A stretch of 64,000 nucleotides of DNA, taken from contig CM060731.1 of the NCBI GenBank assembly GCA_030704615.1, positions 82,150,001 through 82,214,000 on the forward strand. Reading direction: 5' to 3'. The notes beneath the pieces were generated by a model, which saw nothing but the letters and a program-made list of their open reading frames with translations, searched no databases and was not told the DNA's origin. The position numbers and the translations under genes are program-made. Positions 48,269 through 61,235 of this stretch are shown here, piece by piece (positions within the stretch are counted from its first letter, which is position 1; every line of letters starts with the position of its first letter). This DNA comes from Takakia lepidozioides. Its lineage: Eukaryota; Plantae; Bryophyta.

Positions 48269-49360
48269 TGTTAGAGGACTGTCAGGGACTTAGACACTTA
48301 TACGGGATCTGTAGGGTACCCTTAATTTTTGCACAGACCAAGACCAACAGGAGCCTTAGGGGTGACAGCAGCGCACTGTAGAGGGGGGTTACACAGCCGT
48401 CACAGTCGTCACAGCCGACACAGCCAACACAGCCCATCACAGTCGACACAGCCAACACAGTCGTCACAGCCGACACAGCCAACACAGCCGTCACAGTCGT
48501 CACAGCAGACACAGCCAACACAGCCCGTCACAGTCGACACAGCCAACACAGTCGTCACAGTCGTCACAGCCGACACAGCCGTCACAGTCGTCATAGCAGA
48601 CACAGCCGACACAGCCGACACAGCCCGGCACAGCCACACAGCCAGTCACAGCCCGACACAGCCAAACACAGTCACACAGCCAGTCACAGCCCGTCACAGT
48701 TTCACACAGCCAGTCACAGCTTGACACAGCTGTCACGATCATAGGGAACGAAAAGTAGGACAGGGAACGACTGTGGGGAACAACACCTGCGAAGGGAACA
48801 TGTTAGTTCACAGACGACGGTTAGTGAGGGAAACGGTTAGAACCGTGGATAGGAAGATAAAGGGAGAAACGGGGAATTGAGGGACATCATTCGGAGGAGG
48901 ACTTCTTGGTGATAGAGGAGAGGGGATCGGGCAGAGATGAAGAACGGAAGTGAAGATAGAGAGATGATGAGTAGATGCTTGATATATGCAAGGCTGTAAT
49001 GATATTGTAGAGTAGATTAGAGACACAATGGCTTCGGCCTGATACCTGATAAATCATAATCGGATACTTTTACGATACAATCACACTGTGTAGAGAGATC
49101 TGAGTGAAGCTGTGGAATGAATGGATGAGTTGATGGAATCCAATAGATTGATAAAGCAAACTGATACTTAATTATCAATGGTAAGATAGTTAACATGAAT
49201 ATCAAAAGGGAAACAAATAGGAAACACCCCCATGATACACTAGCTGTAGGTCATGACTGATTGTTCTGCGCGGGCTGAGTACTTAGAGATTTCCAACTCT
49301 TCAATCTTGGAGTTTCCGCCTCGAATAGCGAAGGGATGGGTGAGTAAAAGCCGCGCGACA
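48269..49360 (+). repeat. 5' LTR (1092 bp) with an ACAGCC/GTCAC short-unit tandem array
   Basis: Near-identical to 60254-61235 apart from array length. Confidence 0.96.
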
Positions 49361-49362
49361 TT

Positions 49363-49380
49363 TGGCGACCATACTGGGGA
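49363..49380 (+). promoter_or_regulatory. tRNA-type PBS (possibly tRNA-Arg)
   Basis: TGGCGACCATACTGGGGA 2 nt after the LTR. Confidence 0.75.
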
Positions 49381-49968
49381 CCTGGGACATGAACAACCAG
49401 ATGTGACAGGCATCTGGTGGGATCATGGTGGTTGGACCATTAAAGAATTTGAAGTGAATCAAATTCCCTGTGGAACGAAGGAAGAAAGATTGTCCAAACA
49501 ATTCTTTCAAAGGTTCTTGGAATTGCCAGACGGTTGTAAAGAAAATATTCTTAAACGAGTGCATGATGCTGATCCAGAATGGGGTCTGGAGAAAGGAGTG
49601 ATAAAGATTTATCAGGTAGCCTGTAGAGGAAGAGCACGTTGGTTACCAACATTGGTTTATGTGATAGCATTGCTATCCATTAAACGAGTAGAGTTTGAAG
49701 GCTGGGAAGAAAGAAAGGTGAATGTTTATACTCATATGCATGAAGAGCTTGTACTGGTAAAGAATTGGATTCCAAAGGATATTTGTGGATCAAACTCACA
49801 CCAAGAACAGCTTTTCAGACTTGTTTGCCATATGGTTATATGGTAACGGAGACTTCAAGTATAGCCAAGGGTGCATTGAAGCTTGAAAGAAACCCAGGCA
49901 TATACGAGAGATATTACAGAAGAGAGTTTTGGTTATTGCCACATTAAAAGAAATGAAAGACATGGGAC

Positions 49969-51851
49969 ATGAGTGATGAAAGAGAAGCTAGACGACAGAG
50001 ATATTCAGCAAAAAGAGAAAGCTATCTGAAAGCTAATTATCCATATCTTTGGGAGAGAGGAATAGACATAGGGGAATCATCTGGACCTCTCACACCATTA
50101 AGATCAAAGAGTGCCAGGCCAACGAAGGTGTCGGCTCAGGGGGATCAGGTGGGCTGCCTGGATCTGGCTCTGGGGGGACAGGGAGTGTGGGAAGTAGTGC
50201 AACTGAAGCTGGGAATACTGTGAATATCGTGGGGCCAGAAGCAAGGAGTGCTCAAGGGCCACCACTTGGTGGAAGATCCACCACAAAAACAACAGGTCCA
50301 GAAGGACCAGCACCAGCAAGGGTGCCAGCACCTGTCAGTGGGCAGAAGGTAGGGCCACAGATGGCGTTACAACCAACACGGGCAAAACCACCCTTTCCAA
50401 TATATTCAGGAAAAGGGGATCCCGATGTACACATTAGCCTATTTGAGCACATGTGTATAGTGAACAATGAGAATGGCGATGATGCCAAGATGAGACTGTT
50501 TCCTTGTTCACTTATCAAGAAAGCAAGTGAATGGTATGCAAGATTCCCTGATAATCATTTCCTAACCTGGAATGGCTTGAATACAGCATTTCGAAATAGG
50601 TTCAGGACAAGTAAAACTGAGGATGAAGTGTATGGAAGTTTACAACAGCTGAAGCAGAAGAAGCATGAAACTGTTGAAGAGTATATGGAGAAGATGGAAT
50701 TGATGATGAAAAAGCTGGCTGCAGTACCAGCGCCCGGTTTACAGAAGACTTGGTTTGTGAGTGGATTAAGACCAGAGTTGCAAAAGAAAGTGGATATGTT
50801 ACCCCATAATACAGTGGAGGAGGCATTTGAAACTACGAACAGAATTGAGCAATTGGGAATGCTCAAGAGAGAGAAAAAAGAAGATGAGGACTCTGAGGAT
50901 GAGTCAGATGAAGAAGAAGAGCAAGAACTAAAAAGAAAGAGTAAGAGAAAGGAGAAGTTGAAGAGGGATAACTATGAAAAAAAATTGGAAGAAATCTTGA
51001 AGAAGTATGCCACAGAGGCTGCAACACATTGGAGGAAGGGTGTATGGTGTGCAAAGTGCCAGAATGAAGGCCATACCACCACAGAATGCCACATGAAGGA
51101 GAAACACTGTACTATCTGTAAAATGGATAACCATTCTACTGAGAATTGTTACTACAAAAGAAGGACAGCTGCAAGAGAACCTAGGCAAGTAAGGGTGCAT
51201 CAGGTGCAGCCCCAGCCAAGAAGAAACAATGATCAGGACCACTATGGTAGGTCTGGTGGTTATAACAATGGCATGGAAGGGAGAGGTAATTCCAGAGGGA
51301 ATTACCAAGGAAATTCCAGAGGCAACTATCAGGGTAATCCAAGGGGGAATTACCAGCCCGGGAATCAGGATTATAGAAATAATCCAAGAACAGACCAAGG
51401 GCGAGGACCCAATGGTGAAGAGCTATGTTACTATTGTAATCAGCCAGGACATCGCAAGGCAGCCTGTTCATTCTGGATAAGACACCAGAATGAGATGAGA
51501 GCTTCTGTGAATGAGGGCCCAGTGGTGGCAGCTCACATGGTTAGGCCATGTGTTGTACCAGAAGTAAGTACAATGATAGTAACAAGAAGTAAAGCCAAAC
51601 TAATACCTCCAGTAGAAGAGGAAGAAGATGAGACTGGAAGTGGCAATGATATGCCTGAAGATGAAGAGACTTGGAAAGATGAGAAGGAACTGCACAAGGA
51701 AGTGGCAGATACTATAAGGGAAATGCAAAAGAGTACTGATATTCCTGTGGCAGATTCCTCTGATTCGGATGGAGAAAAAGAAGGGAGTGAGGAAGAAAGG
51801 AAAAAAAAGATGCAGACATGCAAAGTAATGAAGAGACTTTGGCTGCAGTAA
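49969..51851 (+). CDS. gag: Gag (probable frameshift near 50140) with three Cys/His knuckles
   Basis: YSGKGDPDVH..LFPCSL..ASEWY..LKQKKHETVEEY; CAKCQNEGHTTTEC, CTICKMDNHSTENC, CYYCNQPGHRKAAC. Confidence 0.9.
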
Positions 51852-54800
51852 TATGTCAGACCAAAGCAGAAATTACCATTGGACAGCTATTAGCTGTGGC
51901 ACCTTATTGTAGGCACAGGCTGTCTCAAACAATCAATCGAATTGCCCAAGAGACAGGAAACACAGACCTGAACAGCAAGGTGACCAGTTATAATGTGAAG
52001 CCGGAAGGGCGAGAAACAGTCATGGACTTTGATGATTCTATGCCAGTAATCCAATTGAGAATTGGAAGCACAGAACTAACTGATGTACTGATAGATGGTG
52101 GTTCTGGAGTAAATATCATGACAGACCAATTAAGGAAGAAGCTTGGTCTAAGTAACATGAAACCAGCCCCATTTACAGTAACAATGGCAGATCAAAGAAG
52201 TGTGCAGCCATTGGGATTAATAAGAGGAGTTAAGATACAGATACAGAAAATGATCTTTATGATCACAGTAACTGTATTAAAAATGGATGAAGTCATGGAG
52301 GCTTACTCCTTATTATTGGGACGTCCGTGGCTGAAACAGGCCAGGGTATTCCATGATTGGAATTCTCAGTTACTAACCGTGCATAATGGGATACACGAGA
52401 TACAAATTACCACAAAGAAATCTAGTAGATTACCTGCTACAAGAAGACCTCGAGGAGTCAGAGAGTATGACTGGAGAGGAGGACTGGATGAGGAGCAGGA
52501 AGCTACCCTATTTGCTGCACACCCAGAGTGGGAGCAGGTTGCAGAGATGCGGCTGGAAAGCCTAAGTTGTTTGAGAGGTATCTGCTGTGGTGTAGTGACA
52601 GCAACACCAACTGAAGAGGAAACCAGCATTTACCCATCACATTTCTATGAAGAAAGAGAAGGAGAAATAGAAATCCTAGAAGAACCAGCCACTGTGAGCT
52701 TACAGGATGAAGTGGTGACTGGTTGGACAATCACAGCTGATGAGCAGGTGAGAGAAGTAAATGTGGGAACTAAAGAGGAACCGAGGATGGTGAAAGTAGG
52801 AGCTGATTTGGAGCCGGAATTCTTCGAAGAAGCTAAAAGCTTGTTCATCAAATACAGAGATGTATTTGCTTGGAGCTATGAGGATCTAAAAGGGATACCA
52901 CCTGAAGTCTGTCAGCATAAGATTGAACTGGAACCAGGGTCAGTACCAATCAAGCAGGCGAGGTATAGAATGAATCCCAACTACGCACAGAAGGTTGGAG
53001 AAGAGATAAAGAAGTTGGCTGAGGCTAAGTTTATATACCCAATAGAGTATACAACTTGGTTGTCACCCATTGTTATAGTTCCCAAGAAGAATGGCAAACT
53101 AAGAGTATGTGTGAACTATAAGAAGCTGAATGCTTGTACGAAGAAAGATCCTTTCCCTTTGCCATTCACAGAAGCAGTATTAGACACTGTGGCAGGCCAT
53201 GAGATGTACTCATTCATGGATGGCTTCAGTGGTTATAATCAAGTGCAAGTGGCAGAAGAAGACCAAGGGAAAACAGCTTTCATCACAGACTGGGGGGCTT
53301 ATGCATACAAAGTCATGCCCTTTGGACTTTGTAATGCACCAGCGACCTTTCAGAGAGTGATAAGTGAATCTTTTCATGAGTATCTGGATGATTTCATGCA
53401 GGTATTCTTGGATGATTTCAGTGTGTACAGCTCTAAGAGTGAGCACTTGCATAAATTGGAGTTATGTTTGGCCAAATGCAGGATGAGAGGTCTGGGCCTG
53501 AATCCAGAGAAGTGTACTTTCTGTGTGAACTCAGGGGTGCTTCTGGGACACATTGTGTGTAAGAAGGGACTCCTTGTGGATCCCAGAAAGACAGAGTCCA
53601 TTAAAGCCTCTCCACCACCAGTGAATGTTAAAAGTCTACGGAGATTCCTTGGGCAAACCAGTTATTACAGGAGATTTGTCAAAAGGTATGCACAAATAGC
53701 AGCACCATTGAGCAAACTACTGAAGAAAGATGCAGTGTTTGCCTGGACAGCTGAATGTCAACAGGCATTTGAGGAACTTACACTGTCAGTAACAACTACA
53801 CCTGTGCTGATTAACCCTCACTGGCATGTAGTATTCCATGTTCACTGCGATGCATCAGGAGAAGCGTTGGGAGCGGTGTTAGCCCAGAATGTTACAGGGA
53901 ATATAGATTCACCTGTGTACTATGCTAGCCGGTTGATGAACAGTGCTGAGAGGAACTATAGCACAACGAAAGAGAAGCATTGGCAATGATCTATGCAGTG
54001 AAGAAATTCAGGCATTACCTATTGGGCAAGAAGTTTATGTTCTATGTGGATCACCAGGCTCTGATATACCTGGTAAACAAACCTCTGATAAGCGGAAGAA
54101 TAGCAAGATGGTTGATAATCTTGCACGAGTTTGAGTTCGAGGTTGTTTACAAGCCTGGGAGACTGCATCTTGTGGCGGATCATTTGTCACGATTGTCAAC
54201 AGGAGAACCAGCCACAGGAATAGATGATCAATTACCAGATGCGAGTCTCTTTGCAGTGGAGGTGCAGGGAAGTGCAGATGACTGGTTAGATTGGCAATGG
54301 CCAATCAGATACTACCTTGCTCATGGTCAGTGCCCACCTAGTTATGGTAAGGAGCAGAGGAAGAGAATCGCTATCAAAGCTTTACCTTATACTATGGTAG
54401 GAAGCAGAATGTATAAGTTAGGACGTGATGGAGTACTAAAACGATGCTTGTACCACCATGAAGTAAATAAAGTTTTGGCGGAAGTTCATAAAGGAGTGGT
54501 TGGAGGTCATTTTGGAGAAGAAACTACCAGTAGAAAGATACTACTCGCAGGATACTGGTGGCCTACTTTGTTCAAAGATGTACACGAGTATTGTCAGAAG
54601 TGTGATGAATGTCAGAGGCTAGGACCTTTGCAGAGATCTGGAAGGATGGCCTTGCATCCTACAATGCCTACAGAACCATTTCAGAAATGGGGACTAGACT
54701 TTGTTGGACCAATTAACCCACCATCCAAGAATACACGAAACAGGTACATAATTACAGCCACTGATTATACTACAAAGTGGGTGGAAGCTAAAGCTTTGAG

Positions 54801-55935
54801 GGACAACACAGCCAAGTCCACAGCAAGGTTCCTGTACGAGAACATACTTACACGATTTGGCTGTCCCTTAGAATTTATCAGTGATCAAGGAAGTCACTTC
54901 ATGAATGCGACCATTGAGTTGTTGACTAAAGAGTTTATGATTGTGCATAGAAAGAGTACAACATATTACCCACAGGGTAATGGGCAGGCAGAGGCTACCA
55001 ACAAAATACTATGTACTATCTTGGCTAAGATAGTCAATGCAAACAGAACGGATTGGGATACAAAGCTGCTGACAGTCTTGTGGTCATATAGGACTTCATA
55101 TAAAGTCACCACTAAGTATACACCATTCCAATTAGTTTATGGTATGGAAGCCTTACTTCCAGTGGAATTCCTGTTACCTACCATGAGAACGGAGTGGGGA
55201 AAAAGAATGGAATTGCAAGACTCCATCAAGGTCAGGAAACATGAATTATACCATGTGGAAGAAGTACGTGCTGATGCAGCTGATAATATGACCAGAATTC
55301 AGATGAAGCGAAAGGAACAGTTTGATGAAGGCAAGTTAAAGACTTTTAAGACGGGGGATTTGGTTCTATGGTTGCAGAAGAAAGGAAAGATTCAAGCTTC
55401 TAAGCTTAAATCACCGTGGAAAGGACCTTATGTCATACAAAAGATGTATGATAACAACACCGCCATGTTACAAACCATTAAAAAAGAAATGCTGGGAAGA
55501 GTCAATGCAAATAAGTTGAAGGGGTACAGTGGTATCCATGACAAACCCTTGCAGCATGATTTGCATGTTGAACCGCAAGAGCAGTCACGGGCTGCACCAG
55601 TGTTACGAACGGAGTATGGAACACTTGTCGCTAGGCCCAGCATATATGACCAGGGTGGGCAAAACAAACGTAACACATCCTATCACAGCCCATCAAGGCA
55701 AAGCACAGCACATCACACAGCCCATCACGACGTGACACAGCCTATCACAGCCCATCACAACGTGACACAGCCTATCACAGCCCATCACGACGTGACACAG
55801 CCTATCACAGCCCATCACAACGTGACACAGCCTATCACAGCCCAGCACGGCGCAACACAGCCTATCACAACCTACCACAGCGTGTCACAGCCTATCACAG
55901 CTTACCACAGTGCATCACAGCCTATCACAGCGTAA
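51818..55935 (+). CDS. pol: Pol: protease-RT-RNase H-integrase (frameshift near 53975), no chromodomain
   Basis: LIDGGSGVN; FMDGFSGYNQ, MPFGLCNAP, FLDDF; HCDAS; GGHFG..CDEC, WGLDF, ISDQG, QAEA; WKGPY. Confidence 0.95.
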
Positions 55936-55975
55936 CACAGTAAGACACAGCCTGTCACAGCTCAACACAGCCTAC
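55680..55975 (+). repeat. 30-bp tandem repeat (ctatcacagcccatcacRacgtgacacagc) at the end of integrase
   Basis: About 8-9 copies, translated as ITAHH[DN]VTQP. Confidence 0.9.
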
Positions 55976-56663
55976 TAAAGTTACACGATCCATAGAATCA
56001 GTGACAAGTGGACGCATAATAACTTCAGGAAAATGGCTGACGGAAGAGGAAACGGAAATTACTTTAAAAATAGACACGTGGAGGTCAGGGCGCGACACAC
56101 AGCCGAGAAGGAAGTGCAAGAATAGGTGTCAAAAAGAAAGAGGACAAGAACGGCCGTCAAAAGGGATGAAAGGCGGGCCCATTAATGAGTACGGAAAAAG
56201 GGAAACGGAACGAACGGCAAGTACAGAAAAGCGGAATTCTTGTCACATGTGTGATCCTAGTGGACTATCCAACAGGGAAAGTCCACTAAAGAAGATAAAA
56301 TCTAAAATCCAGTCACAGCGGATACAGCCAATAGAAAACCAGAGAAAGGATCAAGAAAATGGAGGGAAATTGAGCGCAAGAGGCGGCGTCGTTCTGAGTA
56401 ACGGGCGTCTCGACAGGACAGACCATCAATGCTATACCTTGGAAACTATGGAGGAACTAACAGACTATACGCTCGCAATATTACTTACGCAGTGACATAG
56501 ACACGAAAAGACAGAGCAGAGCTTTTCTCTTGAGCGATGCTTGCAAGCCCCGCAGGCTTACAAGAAATTACCCATAGCTTTCTGCGGCAACCATACGTTT
56601 ATGCTTTGTGCACTACAGGCATTCCTGCAGTTGTTACAGCCAAAACAGTTCTGTGAGTCTAAA

Positions 56664-59600
56664 ATGAAGAGAGTGAGAGGAATGGAGGAAATCAGGGTGA
56701 AGAGCACCACAATTCTGCAGAAACAAACGATTGCTACCCCACAGGCGATACAGATACTGGAGGAGCTGAGATTGCAAGGATTGCAAAGCCTAGATTGGAC
56801 ACTACACCATAGACAGTACATGTTACAATTTTTGCAGAACTTTGAGCCAAGGACAGGAACAACAACGGTGAAGGGAGTTGAATTAATGATTACTCCCCTA
56901 TACCTCCAGCAATTGTTTCGATTGCCAGCAGGTCAGGTGCATGTGGAGGAACACAGGGCAAGACTGCAAATAGGGGACTTATTCCAAGAAGGGAGTTTCT
57001 TTAAAACTCAGGGTTATGCTTGTACCAAGGCTGTGTACCCAGGGTTAAAAGAGGTAGGCCAGGTATTGAACGTTCTGATTGCCATGAAACAGAACCAACA
57101 GTATTTGAGCAGATCCTTCACGAAGGAAATACTCAAAGGCCTGAAGGGACAAGAGGTACAATGGGCGGACATAATGTACAACGCACTGGTAGAGGAGATG
57201 AAAAGATTACAAGGTACTACCGCAAAGTCTCCTATCATAGTGTCTGGCCTAATCATTGCTCAAATAATCCTTGATTCTGGCATACTTGATGCACAAGAAA
57301 GGAAGGAAATGGGAGTGTTTGAGCCAGAAACAACTGCAATGGAAGAGCAAGGCTCTTCACACAGTGAGGGTGGACTAGCATGGCAACCCGAGACTAAGAG
57401 GCAGAGACGGGGAAAGACTGTAGTGGCGGATCCACTGGCTTCACGGACTCCGCATGATAATGTTTCCCAAGCTCATGGTCAGGAAGGGGCACAGCAGCAC
57501 AGAGAAATGCTATTACTGGAAGCAGGACCTTCAGAGAGGGAGGAGGAAGTTACTTCTGTATCACAACCACCACAGCCAGCTGATCGACTTGTTACAAGGT
57601 CACAAGTTATCCATGCAGCTCAACCAGAAATAATTGATTTGGAAAAAGAAGGGTTAGATATTCCAACTACAGAACAGATAGTAGCAGAAATGGAGAAGGG
57701 GGACCTTCTCTATGAATATTCTGGTCTGGTCAAGGAGACAGAGATCCCAGAGGTGCAACAGTTGCCCAAGGGAAATCCCGAGGTGCAAATAATACATACA
57801 CCTGTGTCGGAGGTACCACAGGCGGAAGGTCATGACACTGTAGCACCGGTGATAGATGAAGTAGTTCAAGAAGAAAATCCGGTGGGACAATGGCCTGAAT
57901 GGTTCGTGAGACATCACACTGTTGAAGATCAGGAGGAAGAGCAGCAACCTCACCATGATGACCCTCAACAGGCAATGCTGATGAGTTCCATAGGCAGGAC
58001 ACTTAATTTGTTGGGGACTTATGTCAAATCCCATGTTCCAATTACCCAATTGACAGCCTTGAGAGAGGAACTCAGGAAGGAGTTTGAGGCTCGACTAGCC
58101 ACTGAGTGTGCAAACAAGGTCGATGAAGAGGTCACTCTCAAGATGAAGCAGGACTTGGGAAATACAGAAATGGCTTTGCAATTGGCCAAGGAACAATTGA
58201 TTGAGGCAGGCCTCGCGCAAGACCAGTTGCACGAAGCACATAAGCAACAGCTATACCAAATGCAGGTGCAGCATGAAAGCAAGTTGCAAGAACTGAATGC
58301 ACTACATACGGAGTTGCAGACAGTGCATAATAGGATGGCGATACAATGTGCTACATTTACAACTATGCTTGACCAATCTACAAAAGAAATAAACAGTCAA
58401 GCGGAAAAATGTACGAAGGCAGAAGAAGAGAATGTTGAGCAAATGAAGCTCATTGTCGATATGAAGAATACAATCTGTCGCAATGAAGATACTTTCAAGC
58501 AATACAGGCAGATTGAAGCTGATCAAGAGAAGCACATCGTGGAGTTGCAACAAACCATCATGGCCAATAGAAATGAAATCACGGTCAATAACAAGGCTTG
58601 GAAGGAAGCCAATAATCTACTTGCTGCTTATGCGCAATTGGTTGAACCTCAGGCGAAGCGCATGGAGGCTTTACAACAGCAGTTGGAATTGTACAAGCTA
58701 AGAGAGGAGCAAACTCTCAGGGGAACCACAAGCAACTTGGTGGATAACAGCCTTATGCAGGTCTGGTTAACACAAGGGCCAGTAGAGGGCAAAGCACCAC
58801 GGAAGCTCACCCAAAGCGAGATGAATGAGCTCAGGCTGCAGGTGCAGAACATTGCCACAACTACTATAGACAATGTCTATAGTAGGATAGCAGAGTTACA
58901 AGAGGATGTAGACGGACTCCAGACTCAAGTGGAAGACCTCACTTCAAACATCGACCAAAGAGTCTATATCCCTCAGGAACAGCTAATGGCTTCTTATTTA
59001 CAAGCCAGAACTTTGGCTTTTCAGTCTTCACAGGAGGTGCAGGAGATGCCAATGATACAAGAGCCAGTACCACCACCACCACAACAAGTCACTGTACCAG
59101 TAGCTGAACCTGTGGTTACTACAACCACACCACAGCCACCACAGCCGGAGGTATGGGGCAATGCCGCTTTTAACCCACCTAAAACTCCAGCTGCAAGGGA
59201 GTACAATAGGGCTATGATTATGCCCTTCAACCAAATTCCCATCATGTTGGATTTGGCTTGGAAAGAATTTAGTCCTCCGCAGTCATTCGCACATTACTAC
59301 CAAATCATGCGTATTTGGCTGCCAGTGGCAACTAGGACTAAAGTTCTTCCGAACAATCGACATATTGAAGATCATCACTTTGCACAATACTGGCACGAGG
59401 CAGGTACCATGTTGAGGGAATTGATTGCTTTCCAGGTTGTACATGGACTCATTTATACCAAGACCAAGGAGATAGCAAGTATTGTCATGGGGTGCAGGTT
59501 ATACTACGCTGCTTGTTTTCTGGTACGTTACCACATTGAGCAACAAAAGATGCAAACACGCTTTCTGAGTTATTCCAGTGGAGATCATTGGGTATTACCT

Positions 59601-59774
59601 TCGGTGCCACCTCATATGTACCTATATGACCCAAAAGTTATGATGCAAAAGGATTCTCAAATTCGTTCATGGTTTCAAGCGGCCTGGAACCATTTGTCAA
59701 CACAGAAATTCGGCATTGATGACATTTCTATAAGGGACATGTGGCATGGAAGTACTTGCACGCTGCACCAGTAA
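56664..59774 (+). CDS. Large extra ORF downstream of integrase (env-position ORF) with a long coiled coil
   Basis: Uninterrupted ORF 56541-59774, probable start MKRVRG at 56664. N-terminal QFLQNF..VKGVELMITP..LFRLP resembles Athila-type accessory/plant-mobile domains; E/Q/L heptad region at ~58050-58950. Confidence 0.85.
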   Translation: MKRVRGMEEIRVKSTTILQKQTIATPQAIQILEELRLQGLQSLDWTLHHRQYMLQFLQNFEPRTGTTTVKGVELMITPLYLQQLFRLPAGQVHVEEHRARLQIGDLFQEGSFFKTQGYACTKAVYPGLKEVGQVLNVLIAMKQNQQYLSRSFTKEILKGLKGQEVQWADIMYNALVEEMKRLQGTTAKSPIIVSGLIIAQIILDSGILDAQERKEMGVFEPETTAMEEQGSSHSEGGLAWQPETKRQRRGKTVVADPLASRTPHDNVSQAHGQEGAQQHREMLLLEAGPSEREEEVTSVSQPPQPADRLVTRSQVIHAAQPEIIDLEKEGLDIPTTEQIVAEMEKGDLLYEYSGLVKETEIPEVQQLPKGNPEVQIIHTPVSEVPQAEGHDTVAPVIDEVVQEENPVGQWPEWFVRHHTVEDQEEEQQPHHDDPQQAMLMSSIGRTLNLLGTYVKSHVPITQLTALREELRKEFEARLATECANKVDEEVTLKMKQDLGNTEMALQLAKEQLIEAGLAQDQLHEAHKQQLYQMQVQHESKLQELNALHTELQTVHNRMAIQCATFTTMLDQSTKEINSQAEKCTKAEEENVEQMKLIVDMKNTICRNEDTFKQYRQIEADQEKHIVELQQTIMANRNEITVNNKAWKEANNLLAAYAQLVEPQAKRMEALQQQLELYKLREEQTLRGTTSNLVDNSLMQVWLTQGPVEGKAPRKLTQSEMNELRLQVQNIATTTIDNVYSRIAELQEDVDGLQTQVEDLTSNIDQRVYIPQEQLMASYLQARTLAFQSSQEVQEMPMIQEPVPPPPQQVTVPVAEPVVTTTTPQPPQPEVWGNAAFNPPKTPAAREYNRAMIMPFNQIPIMLDLAWKEFSPPQSFAHYYQIMRIWLPVATRTKVLPNNRHIEDHHFAQYWHEAGTMLRELIAFQVVHGLIYTKTKEIASIVMGCRLYYAACFLVRYHIEQQKMQTRFLSYSSGDHWVLPSVPPHMYLYDPKVMMQKDSQIRSWFQAAWNHLSTQKFGIDDISIRDMWHGSTCTLHQ

Positions 59775-60236
59775 TTGGTACCCCACTCACCTGGACAGAC
59801 AAGGAGCTCAGTGTCTACACCAATTTTGCTGTTCAGCGGTTACACCAAGTTGTAAAATACAAACTTCCAGACATGGTAGGACGGCATTGTATGCCCCAGA
59901 TGATTCCACAAAAAAGTTCGAAAATTAAAACACCTGAGAGGCGATGAGGATTCTGATACAACTGTTTCTTCACCGAATTCTTTTGACATGGGAGAAGACT
60001 ATGCAATTCAGATGGCAGAGAAGAAGCGACGGGGGTCTCCTATGCTGGAAAGGTTACCTCGATATCAGCCTCCAGAGGGCCTCACTTATCCAGGTAGTGA
60101 TCAACCATCTCCGTCAACCAGAGACAGACCTCGGGCTCGTACACACAGTCCGCCACGAAACTCTCAACGTCAAGAAGGTGCTCACTCACAAAGGTTTGCT
60201 AGTCGAAATCAGTAAACCGTGAGGACACGACTTTTT

Positions 60237-60250
60237 GAGGGGGGAAGGGG
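60237..60250 (+). promoter_or_regulatory. Polypurine tract
   Basis: gaggggggaagggg ends 3 nt before the 3' LTR. Confidence 0.85.
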
Positions 60251-60253
60251 TAA

Positions 60254-61235
60254 TGTTAGAGGACTGTCGGGGACTTAGACACTTATACGGGATCTGTAGG
60301 GTACCCTTAATTTTTGCACAGACCAAGACCAACAGGAGCCTTAGGGGTGACAGCAGCGCACTGTAGAGGGGGGTTACACAGCCGTCACAGTCGTCACAGC
60401 CGACACAGCCAACACAGCCCGTCACAGTCGACACAGCCAACACAGTCGTCACAGTCGTCACAGCCGACACAGCCGACACAGCCGTCATAGTCGTCACAGC
60501 AAACACAGCCAACACAGCCGACACAGCCCGACACAGCCAAACACAGTCGCACAGCCAGTCACAGCCCGTCACAGTTTCACACAGCCAGTCACAGCTTGAC
60601 ACAGTTGTCACGATCATAGGGAACGAAAAGTAGGACAGGGAACGACTGTGGGGAACAACACCTGCGAAGGGAACATGTTAGTTCACAGACGACGGTTAGT
60701 GAGGGAAACGGTTAGAACCGTGGATAGGAAGATAAAGGGAGAAACGGGGAATTGAGGGACATCATTCGGAGGAGGACTTCTTGGTGATAGAGGAGAGGGG
60801 ATCGGGCAGAGATGAAGAACGGAAGTGAAGATAGAGAGATGATGAGTAGATGCTTGATATATGCAAGGCTGTAATGATATTGTAGAGTAGATTAGAGACA
60901 CAATGGCTTCGGCCTGATACCTGATAAATCATAATCGGATACTTTTACGATACAATCACACTGTGTAGAGAGATCTGAGTGAAACTGTGGAATGAATGGA
61001 TGAGTTGATGGAATCCAATAGATTGATAAAGCAAACTGATACTTAATTATCAATGGTAAGATAGTTAACATGAATACCAAAAGAGAAACAAATAGGAAAC
61101 ACCCCCATGATACACTAGCTGTAGGTCATGACTGATTGTTCTGCGCGGGCTGAGTACTTAGAGATTTCCAACTCTTCAATCTTGGAGTTTCCGCCTCGAA
61201 TAGCGAAGGGATGGGTGAGTAAAAGCCGCGCGACA
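60254..61235 (+). repeat. 3' LTR (982 bp)
   Basis: TGTTAGAG...GCGACA. Confidence 0.96.

Larger units (their letters stand above)
48269..61235 (+). mobile_element. Full-length non-chromovirus Ty3/Gypsy (Athila/Phygy-like) with 3' extra ORF; 5-bp TSD TGCAT
   Basis: TG...CA LTRs; TGCAT at 48264-48268 and 61236-61240; PBS, PPT and gag-pol present. Confidence 0.96.

Noticed and set aside
48282-48742. Cys-rich and Thr/Gln-rich ORFs in the LTR arrays (also 60186-60617, 55693-55878)
   Set aside because: They are translation artefacts of tandem repeats.
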